Source: a bacterium
GTDB taxonomy: Bacteria; UBA8248
Direction: 5' to 3'
DNA length: 64,000 nucleotides
Assembly: GCA_965207065.1 (NCBI GenBank)
Contig: OZ242260.1
Coordinates: forward strand, 1,152,001 to 1,216,000
The position numbers were made by a program, and so were the translations under genes. Each line of letters starts with the position of its first letter. The stretch's first letter is position 1. Below are positions 56,865 to 64,000 of the stretch, one piece after another. Under the pieces are notes generated by a model that saw only the letters and a list, made by a program, of their open reading frames with translations, made no database searches and was not told where the DNA came from.

Positions 56865-57896
56865 CTAGTCGGGCCCCAGGACGGTTCTGATTTTTTTTGT
56901 GAGTTCGGTGGTGATCAGCCTCGCCGCCTCCTCGAGTGGGGGCCGCATGCGCGCGCCTGCGGCGAAGGCGTGGCCGCCGCCGCCGAACATTTGAGCTACG
57001 TCGTGAATCTCCACGCGGCCCTTCGAACGCAGGCTCACGCGGATGCGCCCGTTTTCGAGTTCGGACATAAAGGCGATGACCTCGACGGACTCTATCGAGC
57101 GGGGAACCGAAATGTATTCTTCCGTCTCGGAGCGCGAGACACCGAAGCGGTCGATTTCCTGTGCGCTCAGGGTGAACCATGCGAGGCGTCCCCCGCAGTC
57201 GAGCGCCATGCGGCTCATCAGCGTGCCCAGCAGCTTCACCGAGCCCGCGCCGTTCGATTCCCAGAAGATCGAGTAGGCCTCACCGGGGCTCGCGCCGAGC
57301 TCCACCAGGCGCGCCGCCCAGTTCAGGGTGCGCTTGGACGTGTTCGTGAAGCGGAACTGGCCCGTGTCGTAGACCAGGGCCGCCATGAGTGCGCGGGTGA
57401 TGAGCAGGTCGTCGAACGCGTAGCCCTCCTCGTCCAGGTAATCCGCGATCATCTCGCCCACCGCGGCGGCTTGCGCGTCGATGACGGAGGGGCAATCGAT
57501 GTTGTCCTCTTCCCGGATGTGGTGATCCACCACGGCCATGGGTAGCCCGCTGGCCATAAGAGGCTCCTCCAGCCTGCCCAGGCGGCTGGCTTTTCCCGTG
57601 TCGAGGATGAGGCACGCATCGAAGCGCTCCGCCCAGTCTTCCTGCGCGAGGATATCCCTTCTCGAGCGCACGAAGCCCTCGGGGTCGAAAGACGCGACGA
57701 AGACGGGAACCTTGTCTTCGGTGACGACGGTGGCGTGTTTGCCGATCGCCTTCAAGTAGCGGCTGAGCGCAAGACTGGCGAGGAGGCCGTCGCCGTCGGG
57801 TCCGATGTGGGTAAGCAGCAGGAAGCGATTGTGTAGTGCGAGGAAATCTCTTAAGGGCTGGAAGCGGCCCGGGCCTGGCGTTTGCTCCGTACTCAT
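56865..57896 (-). CDS. nrnA: DHH-family oligoribonuclease / PAP phosphatase
   Basis: THIGPDGDG, VDHH, DTGQF, SLRS and GGGGHAFAAG. Confidence 0.9.
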   Translation of the reverse strand: MSTEQTPGPGRFQPLRDFLALHNRFLLLTHIGPDGDGLLASLALSRYLKAIGKHATVVTEDKVPVFVASFDPEGFVRSRRDILAQEDWAERFDACLILDTGKASRLGRLEEPLMASGLPMAVVDHHIREEDNIDCPSVIDAQAAAVGEMIADYLDEEGYAFDDLLITRALMAALVYDTGQFRFTNTSKRTLNWAARLVELGASPGEAYSIFWESNGAGSVKLLGTLMSRMALDCGGRLAWFTLSAQEIDRFGVSRSETEEYISVPRSIESVEVIAFMSELENGRIRVSLRSKGRVEIHDVAQMFGGGGHAFAAGARMRPPLEEAARLITTELTKKIRTVLGPD

Positions 57897-57909
57897 GCTC
57901 TCTTGGTTC

Positions 57910-59082
57910 TCATGAGGATGATTCCAGGCTCACGCGGTGGATCTGGCGCAGAACGTAGTCTCTGATCTCCTTTGCAGAAGGCGCATCGTCCGTCCGCTCG
58001 CCGCCGGTCATCACGCCTGCGAGCAGTTGCTCCACCACGCCGCCGCACGACGCGCAATCCCCATAGGGCTTGTCCATCGGTATGACGCGCTCCGCCCCGC
58101 AATCGCGGCAGCGCAGCAGATGCTTCGCGCCCGGATGCTTGCCGCGCTTGGCCACCGCCTCGCCTTCCACCTCGACGATGTCCATCGAAAAATCGATCGT
58201 GGCCGCCGCGCTGACGGACGTGCCTACCCCGTAGCCGCCGTCCACCACGGGGTTCAGTTCGAGGATCTTCTCCTCGCTCAACCCCCCGCTCACGAAGAGC
58301 TTCACATGCGGGAACCCCGCCCGGTCGAGCTCCCAGCGGATCTCCTCGAGAATCTGGTACAGATTTCCCCGTCTCGAGGCCGGCGTATCCACCCGCACGG
58401 CCGAGAGCCTGTCGGTCAGCGCGCGCGCCGCCTCCAGGGTTTCGAACCTCTCATCGGCGAAGGTATCCACCAGCGCGACCCGGCCCACCTCCGGCTCGAT
58501 AACCTCATCGAACGCCTTGGCCGCAGGCACGAGGCCGCCCATGAGAATCACCAGCGCGTGGGGCATCGTTCCCGCCGCCGGTATCTCCAGTAGCTCGGCT
58601 CCCTTCACCAGCGCCACGCCGTCGCAACCGCCCACGTAGGCCGCGCGCTCGACCATCGGCGCGATGGCCGGGTGCATCCGCCGCGCGCCGAAGCTCACGA
58701 GCTGCCTGCCCTCCGCGGCGATGCGGCACCGCGCCGCCTTGGTGGCGACCCCGCTCGCCTGGCACATCAGCCCCAGGATGGGCGTCTCCAGCCTGCAGAA
58801 ATCGTTGTAGGTTCCCGTAATTTCCAGAACGGGCTGGGAAGGCCCGAAAACCGTCCCCTCCGGCACGGCGCGAACGTCCACCGGGAACCCCTCGAGCAGG
58901 CGCAGGATTTCCTCCAGACCCGTGAACACGCCCCAGCCGCTCGAGAGGGACTTGGCCGCGAATTCCGCGCGCACGTTTTTTCTGATGCCTTTGGCTTCGA
59001 GAATCTTGAGGGTCCGCTCGAAATAGACGTCCGTCACCTTGCCCGAACGGATATCGTCGAAATCGGCGGTGAACAGACGCAA
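57910..59082 (-). CDS. pncB: Nicotinate phosphoribosyltransferase
   Basis: TDVYF, SFGARR, GTMPHAL, VDTF, VRVDT, SGGL and GVGT. Confidence 0.9.
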   Translation of the reverse strand: MRLFTADFDDIRSGKVTDVYFERTLKILEAKGIRKNVRAEFAAKSLSSGWGVFTGLEEILRLLEGFPVDVRAVPEGTVFGPSQPVLEITGTYNDFCRLETPILGLMCQASGVATKAARCRIAAEGRQLVSFGARRMHPAIAPMVERAAYVGGCDGVALVKGAELLEIPAAGTMPHALVILMGGLVPAAKAFDEVIEPEVGRVALVDTFADERFETLEAARALTDRLSAVRVDTPASRRGNLYQILEEIRWELDRAGFPHVKLFVSGGLSEEKILELNPVVDGGYGVGTSVSAAATIDFSMDIVEVEGEAVAKRGKHPGAKHLLRCRDCGAERVIPMDKPYGDCASCGGVVEQLLAGVMTGGERTDDAPSAKEIRDYVLRQIHRVSLESSS

Positions 59083-59107
59083 AAGAGGATTCCGCCAGGG
59101 AAGCCCG

Positions 59108-59656
59108 CTATTCGGCGGGCGCCGTCTCGGCAGGGGTTTCAGGCCGCGTGTCCGCCTCCTGGTTCCTCAAGCCGAACAGCTTGCCCCAGGGTCTGGGGCC
59201 GGTGTAGTTCACCTCTTTCTCCCAGACGTCGTAGAGGCGTTCTTTCTCATAGACGAGGTCTTCCCGGAAATATCCGGGCGTCTCGTACTGGTGGGTATGG
59301 ACGATGGATTTGGGCGTCGTGGGGCACGCCTCCGAGCAAAGCCCGCAGTACATGCAGCGCATGTAGTCGATATAAAACTCCTTGGCGTACATCTCGCGGC
59401 CCTTGCCCGCCGTGACGATGGTGATGCAGTCGACCGGACAGGCCTTCTCGCAGTTCAGGCAGCCGATGCAGAGTTCTTCGCCCGTCTTGAAATCGCGCGT
59501 GAGTCCCAGGAATCCGCGAAAACGCTCGGGCGGCTCCCAGCGCTCCGTCGGGTATTGAAGCGTGACGGGCTTTTTGAACATGTGCCGCAGGGTGGCGGAC
59601 ATGCCCTTCACGATGTCCCAGAGAAAGAACTTCTGAATCCCCCTGGTGAACTCCAT
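59108..59656 (-). CDS. nuoI: NADH-quinone oxidoreductase subunit I
   Basis: TLQYP..RFRG; two CxxCxxCxxxCP 4Fe-4S motifs. Confidence 0.88.
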   Translation of the reverse strand: MEFTRGIQKFFLWDIVKGMSATLRHMFKKPVTLQYPTERWEPPERFRGFLGLTRDFKTGEELCIGCLNCEKACPVDCITIVTAGKGREMYAKEFYIDYMRCMYCGLCSEACPTTPKSIVHTHQYETPGYFREDLVYEKERLYDVWEKEVNYTGPRPWGKLFGLRNQEADTRPETPAETAPAE

Positions 59657-59678
59657 TTCCCTCTCCTCGCCTTGTGCT

Positions 59679-60635
59679 CTAGGAAGCCGCCGCCGCGGCC
59701 TTCTTGGCCTCTTCCTGGGCTTCGAGATATTTCTCGGCCGCCACCGCCGCCGTCGTCGCGTCGCCCGACGCGTTGGTGATCTGGCGGATCAGCTGGCTCC
59801 TGCAGTCACCGGCCACGAACAGGCCCGGAACGTTCGTCTCCATGTTCTGGTCCGTCAAGATGAAGCCTGCGTCGTCTTTATCCACATGATCTTTTATCAA
59901 ATCCGTGTTCGGAATAAAACCGATGAAGACGAACAGGCCCGTGGCGTCGATCTCCTGCGTCTCGTCCGTCTTGACGTTCCTGATGCGCAGCTTCTTCATC
60001 TCCCGGTCGTCGCCCACCACTTCTTCGGGTACGAAATCGGTGATGATCTCCACTTTCGGGTTCTCGCGTATCTTGTCCACCAGGACCGCATGGGCGCGGA
60101 ACTGGTCGCGGCGATGGATGATGTAGACCTTCGTGCCGAACTTCGTGAGGAACTGCCCCTCTTCCACGGCGCTGTTCCCGCCGCCGATTACGGTGATGAC
60201 CTCATCCTGGAAGAACGCGCCGTCGCACAGCGCGCAGTAGCTCACGCCCTTGCCGGCGTATTTCTCCTCGCCCGGAATGCCGAGTTTTTTCGGATAGCCG
60301 CCGGGGGTGTAGATCACCGCTCCGCAGCGGCGCACACCCATGTCGGTCGTAACGAGGAAATCATCCCCGTCCTTTTTCACCTCGGTGACTTCTTCCATCT
60401 CGATCTTGAGGCCGAATTTCATGGCGTGATCGGCGAACTTGGCCGCCAGCTCCTGGCCGCCGACCAGTTCGAAGCCCGGATAGTCTTCTACGTGCTCGGT
60501 GTTGAGAATCTCGCCGCCCGGGGCGAGCTTTTCATAGCAGACCACGTTCAGCTTCGAACGCGCCGTATACAGCCCCGCCGTCAGACCGGCCGGTCCCGCC
60601 CCGATGATGATGATTTCGAAATCACGCTCAGCCAC
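59679..60635 (-). CDS. trxB: Thioredoxin-disulfide reductase
   Basis: GAGPAG, GVSYCALCDG, GGGNSA, HRRD and FVAGD; GTG start. Confidence 0.95.
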   Translation of the reverse strand: MAERDFEIIIIGAGPAGLTAGLYTARSKLNVVCYEKLAPGGEILNTEHVEDYPGFELVGGQELAAKFADHAMKFGLKIEMEEVTEVKKDGDDFLVTTDMGVRRCGAVIYTPGGYPKKLGIPGEEKYAGKGVSYCALCDGAFFQDEVITVIGGGNSAVEEGQFLTKFGTKVYIIHRRDQFRAHAVLVDKIRENPKVEIITDFVPEEVVGDDREMKKLRIRNVKTDETQEIDATGLFVFIGFIPNTDLIKDHVDKDDAGFILTDQNMETNVPGLFVAGDCRSQLIRQITNASGDATTAAVAAEKYLEAQEEAKKAAAAAS

Positions 60636-60765
60636 TACGTATCTCCAGAACTAAGGAAAGGCGACGAAAAGAAGTGATACCGATTGATCATGCCCCAAAA
60701 AACCGCGCCGATTCTAGCACCCGCCCCATACCATGCCAAGCCCCCGAGGGGTTTGTCGATAGCCC

Positions 60766-61065
60766 CTATTCCACTGGGGCGAGAACGAAAGCACCGAATT
60801 CCTTCTCCAGGCGAAGCCTTTTTCCGTCGTGCACCACGACGGCGCCGGCGGGGGTATCCTCATCCACCGGGATGCGCACGCCGCAAACAGGGCATGAGAC
60901 CATCTGCACGATACTGAGCGCCTCCGCCCCCTCCGCCCGGCCCAGGCGGAACCTGACCCCCGCTCAGTTCCCGCAATCGATCAGGTCTCGAACCTTCGCG
61001 TCCCACGGGACGGGTATGCGTTGCCCTCAGCCGGGGCAGGGAAGCGTCTTTCGCCTACCGCTCAT
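60766..61065 (-). CDS. Putative double-selenocysteine zinc-ribbon-like protein (99 aa)
   Basis: MSGRRKTLPCPG-U-GQRIPVPWDAKVRDLIDCGN-U-AGVRFRL..CPVCG..; UGA at 61027-61029 and 60964-60966, each followed by a SECIS-like hairpin; ATGA overlap with the upstream gene; TAG stop. Confidence 0.8.
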
Positions 61066-61307
61066 GCGGCGAGCCCCAAAAGCGCCTGGAGTTTCGCCCT
61101 GTCGAAGCCGACCACCTTCTCCTCGCCGATGAATATGACGGGCGTGGCCCGCATCTCCGCCCGCTGGAAGAGTTCCTCCAGGGCTTCTTCGTCCTGATCG
61201 ACGAGTTTTTCCGTGTACGCCACGCCATGATGGGAAAGAAACTCTTTCACCGCCTTGCACGGCGCTCAGAACGTGGATGAATAGACCGTCACTTCCTTAT
61301 CGGACAT
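61062..61307 (-). CDS. Selenocysteine-containing glutaredoxin/NrdH-redoxin (UxxC), 81 aa
   Basis: RBS AAGGGAG; MSDKEVTVYSSTF-U-APC-KAVKEFL..ATPVI..VVGFD; UGA 61266-61268 at the first active-site Cys position; SECIS-like hairpin follows. Confidence 0.9.
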
Positions 61308-61392
61308 CTCAAGTCTCCCTTGAAGCCGGTGTGCGCCGCCCGGGCTTCTGGGCGCGCTTCATTATCAATATCGTTCCCGGGAGTGTTTTGCG

Positions 61393-62763
61393 CTACTTCG
61401 GCGTGTTCACTCTTTCGAGCAGGGCGGCCAGCTCCTTGATGCGTATCGAATCGAGTCTCGATACAGCGTCCACGATCTCCGCGCGCAAAGAGGCGTCCGT
61501 GCGGGCCTCGCTCAATGCCTCGAACTTCTCGTTCACCGTCGCCCAGCTCATCGGGGTGGAGAAATGCCCCTCCCAGGTGGGCTTGTCCAGCTTGTGGACG
61601 GTCCCGTCCTTGAGCGTGATGGTAATGAGCACGGGAGATTGCGCGGGATACCTGGCCGTCATCTCATCGGAATTGGTCGTGCGTACCTTCTTGAGAAGCG
61701 TCTGCACGTCGTCCGCGCGGATTCTCGCTTCCTCGTACTGGGCGGGAAGCACCTGCTCGTCGATGATGGCCGCCGAGAGCACGTAAGGAAGGCTGTGGTC
61801 CGCCGTCTCCTTGTTCAGCACGTGCTCGCGCGCGCCCGCCTTGCCCTCGCCCATGATGAAATAGGCGCGCTCGTAGATACCGATTTCGACGTCCTCGATG
61901 TCCTCGGGACTGAATCCGTGTTCTCGCTTCATGTCGATGACGCCCTCGATGGCCGTCTGGGAGTGCAGGCCCGCGTTGTAGCGCTTCACGCTGATCTCGA
62001 GCATCTTGCTCAAGGAAGTGTCCGACCAGTCGACATCGAACTCGCCCGTCACGGACTCGAAAACGCCCAGGGGACCCTCTATCAACTTGAGTTGCCCCGT
62101 CACCCCGCGCATGGCGAGAAACGTCGAGTGCACCCCGGTGTGGCAGCCCGCCGCATAGGCGAAGCCCTTCCAGTGGGAGAGTTCGCCCGTGCGCGTGATG
62201 AGCAGGGGGTTCTGCCTCACACCGCTGATCGCAATGGCGTTGGCCGTCTTCTCCGCATCCAGCCCCAGGGCGCGCGAGGCGCCCGCCGCCACGGCGTAGG
62301 CGCCCGCCATGGGCTGGTCGAAGCCTCTTTTCTCATAAGGCGCGCTGTCGCAAAGGCGGCACTGCACCTCATACGAAAGCGCAAGCGCCGTCATGAACTC
62401 CGCGCCGCTCGCGTCGGCGTATTCGGCCGCCGCCATCACGGCGCCCGTGTTGTCGCTCGGGTGCGAGGTGGCGAGCTTCCCCATGAAGCCGTCGTTGAAA
62501 TCAAGATAGCGGATGAGCGAGGTATTATAGAACGCCGCGGCGTCGGGTGCGCTCTTGCCGCCGCCGATGAGCGTGCAATGCGGCGCGCCGCCGAAATCAT
62601 CCGCCTGCTCGCGCAGGTAGCGGACGGGGCCTTCGCCCAGCGAGCCGATGGCGCAGCCGATGGTGTCGACCATGAGGGTCTTCATCTGCGTGCGCATCTC
62701 TTCGGAGAGGTCATCGAAACTGCTGTTCGCGGCGAACGCCGCAATCTGTTCCACAATCGTCAT
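61393..62763 (-). CDS. MmgE/PrpD-family protein (2-methylcitrate dehydratase-like)
   Basis: RYLDFNDG..SHPSDN, RTGELSHWKG and ETADHSLPY. Confidence 0.88.
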   Translation of the reverse strand: MTIVEQIAAFAANSSFDDLSEEMRTQMKTLMVDTIGCAIGSLGEGPVRYLREQADDFGGAPHCTLIGGGKSAPDAAAFYNTSLIRYLDFNDGFMGKLATSHPSDNTGAVMAAAEYADASGAEFMTALALSYEVQCRLCDSAPYEKRGFDQPMAGAYAVAAGASRALGLDAEKTANAIAISGVRQNPLLITRTGELSHWKGFAYAAGCHTGVHSTFLAMRGVTGQLKLIEGPLGVFESVTGEFDVDWSDTSLSKMLEISVKRYNAGLHSQTAIEGVIDMKREHGFSPEDIEDVEIGIYERAYFIMGEGKAGAREHVLNKETADHSLPYVLSAAIIDEQVLPAQYEEARIRADDVQTLLKKVRTTNSDEMTARYPAQSPVLITITLKDGTVHKLDKPTWEGHFSTPMSWATVNEKFEALSEARTDASLRAEIVDAVSRLDSIRIKELAALLERVNTPK

Positions 62764-62849
62764 GTTGTCTTCCTTCTTCAAACCGGTTTTTAGAGGGGAA
62801 TTCTCATCGACCGTCCCGCCCGGTATCCCCGATCAGAGATGCGCGCGGG

Positions 62850-63857
62850 CTAGCCGCCGTTCAGCTTTCTGTATGCTTTCTGCATGATGAGCGCGTCGTA
62901 TTCGAGCGCCGGAGACTCGCACACCACCCGGCCTTCGGCGCCGAAATCGATGAGCGCGCGGAACAAGTCCTTGTAATTCATGTCCGACTCGTCGAGTTCT
63001 AAGTGATGCGCCTCGCCCTTGTCCGAATACGCGATGCCCGAGAGGTGGATGTGTAAGGTTTTGAGAACGTCGTCGCCCATCCTGTTCTTCAAAAGCTCCA
63101 GTTGCGCGCCGAACTCGTCATACGTGTTGTGCGCGCCCGCCGAGCGCGCGTGAATGTGCGCGAAGTCTATCGTGAAGCCGACGTTCTTGCCTTTTAGATC
63201 GCCGCCCATATCGGCGATTTCCTCGATCGAGCCGAACTGCGTGCCCTTGCCCGTCGTTTCCGGATCCAGGCGTACCGGACAGCCCTCCTCCTCCAGGATG
63301 TCGGCGAGCTCTCCTATCTGGTTGCAGATGAAGTCGTAGACCTCTTTCGGGTCACGCTTCTGGTAGAACCCGGGGTGAAAGCACGCGCCGTCGCCCCCGC
63401 ACTTCGCCAGGGCGCGCGCGGTGTCGAGCACGCGCTTTCTACTCGCCGCCACCTTTTCATCTTCCAGCGAATAGAGGTTCACGTAATAGGGCCCGTGCGC
63501 GGTGATGTGAACGCCCGTCTCGGCCTGGGCGGCCATCACCTCATCGCAGGTCTCCTCCCTGATGCGCACGCCGTGGACGAATTCCATCTCGTATACGCCC
63601 AGGCCCAGCTCGTGAAGCCTGCGCACCGCCGCCGGATGGGTCTGCGGCTTGGCCGAATGCGGGACCCCGCCCGTGCCGAAGAATATCCTGTCCGCCTTCT
63701 TGGGCTTCGCGTTCACGCTCAAGGGGCCGTCATAGGTTCTGCCCTTCGGCTTTTCCTTTGGAACCCCCGGCGCCCAGCCGCGCACGTCAGCTTTTGGTTT
63801 TGGCTTCGCCGCTTTTTTCCTGGCTGCTTTCGGAGCCGCTTTTTTCTTTTCCGGCAC
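62850..63857 (-). CDS. nfo: Endonuclease IV-like TIM-barrel protein with Lys/Ala/Pro-rich N-terminal tail
   Basis: HGPYYVNL, FHPG, PETTGKGTQFG, IDFAHIHAR, HIHLSG and CESP metal-ligand motifs. Confidence 0.75.
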   Translation of the reverse strand: MPEKKKAAPKAARKKAAKPKPKADVRGWAPGVPKEKPKGRTYDGPLSVNAKPKKADRIFFGTGGVPHSAKPQTHPAAVRRLHELGLGVYEMEFVHGVRIREETCDEVMAAQAETGVHITAHGPYYVNLYSLEDEKVAASRKRVLDTARALAKCGGDGACFHPGFYQKRDPKEVYDFICNQIGELADILEEEGCPVRLDPETTGKGTQFGSIEEIADMGGDLKGKNVGFTIDFAHIHARSAGAHNTYDEFGAQLELLKNRMGDDVLKTLHIHLSGIAYSDKGEAHHLELDESDMNYKDLFRALIDFGAEGRVVCESPALEYDALIMQKAYRKLNGG

Positions 63858-64000
63858 GCTCGTCCTCAGAAGATGTATCGCGCAAAGGCGCTGTTTTTTT
63901 GTCGGAACGCTCTTTCAGGCGGTCGATGGCCCACTCTAGCAGATATGCGCGCATGCTGCGAGAATCCTCCCCTTCAGAATTTATGCGGCGGGCGCGTCGC

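Noticed and set aside
60766-61307. Pseudogenes or genome-wide UGA reassignment
   Set aside because: All three internal stops are UGA at Cys-equivalent positions with downstream hairpins, while UGA is used as a normal stop in neighbouring genes (pncB, the redoxin itself); selenocysteine fits better

Overview
The window has two parts. From 1 to about 40 kb it is a decayed, integrated MOBF-type conjugative element carrying defence cargo. It contains an RIT triple tyrosine-recombinase element inserted into the helicase Walker A of a TrwC/TraI relaxase, an MNT-HEPN toxin-antitoxin pair, several further HEPN-like or nuclease genes, and a complete class I DISARM operon (drmD-drmMI-drmA-drmB-drmC). 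It also contains a DUF4238 protein, an HNH-STAND NTPase fusion, and an F-like oriT (nic at 35030/35031) with its RHH gene and a leading region (SLOG, DUF4326, ssb, small acidic protein, Cys-repeat protein). The two long spacers in that leading region each fold into large nested stem-loops on the transferred strand. From about 40 to 64 kb the DNA looks host-like and carries GTAG-type REP repeats. It contains a Slam/type XI secretion pair behind an 8-bp microsatellite, a Cache-domain autotransporter, a peptide ABC transporter, and housekeeping genes (nrnA, pncB, nuoI, trxB, MmgE/PrpD, endonuclease IV). The main discovery, missed by the ORF track, is two translationally coupled putative selenoprotein genes just upstream of trxB. 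One is a UxxC glutaredoxin. The other is a 99-aa zinc-ribbon-like protein with two in-frame UGA codons in CxxU motifs. Each UGA is followed by a SECIS-like hairpin. All family assignments come from recognising motifs by eye; no database search was run.
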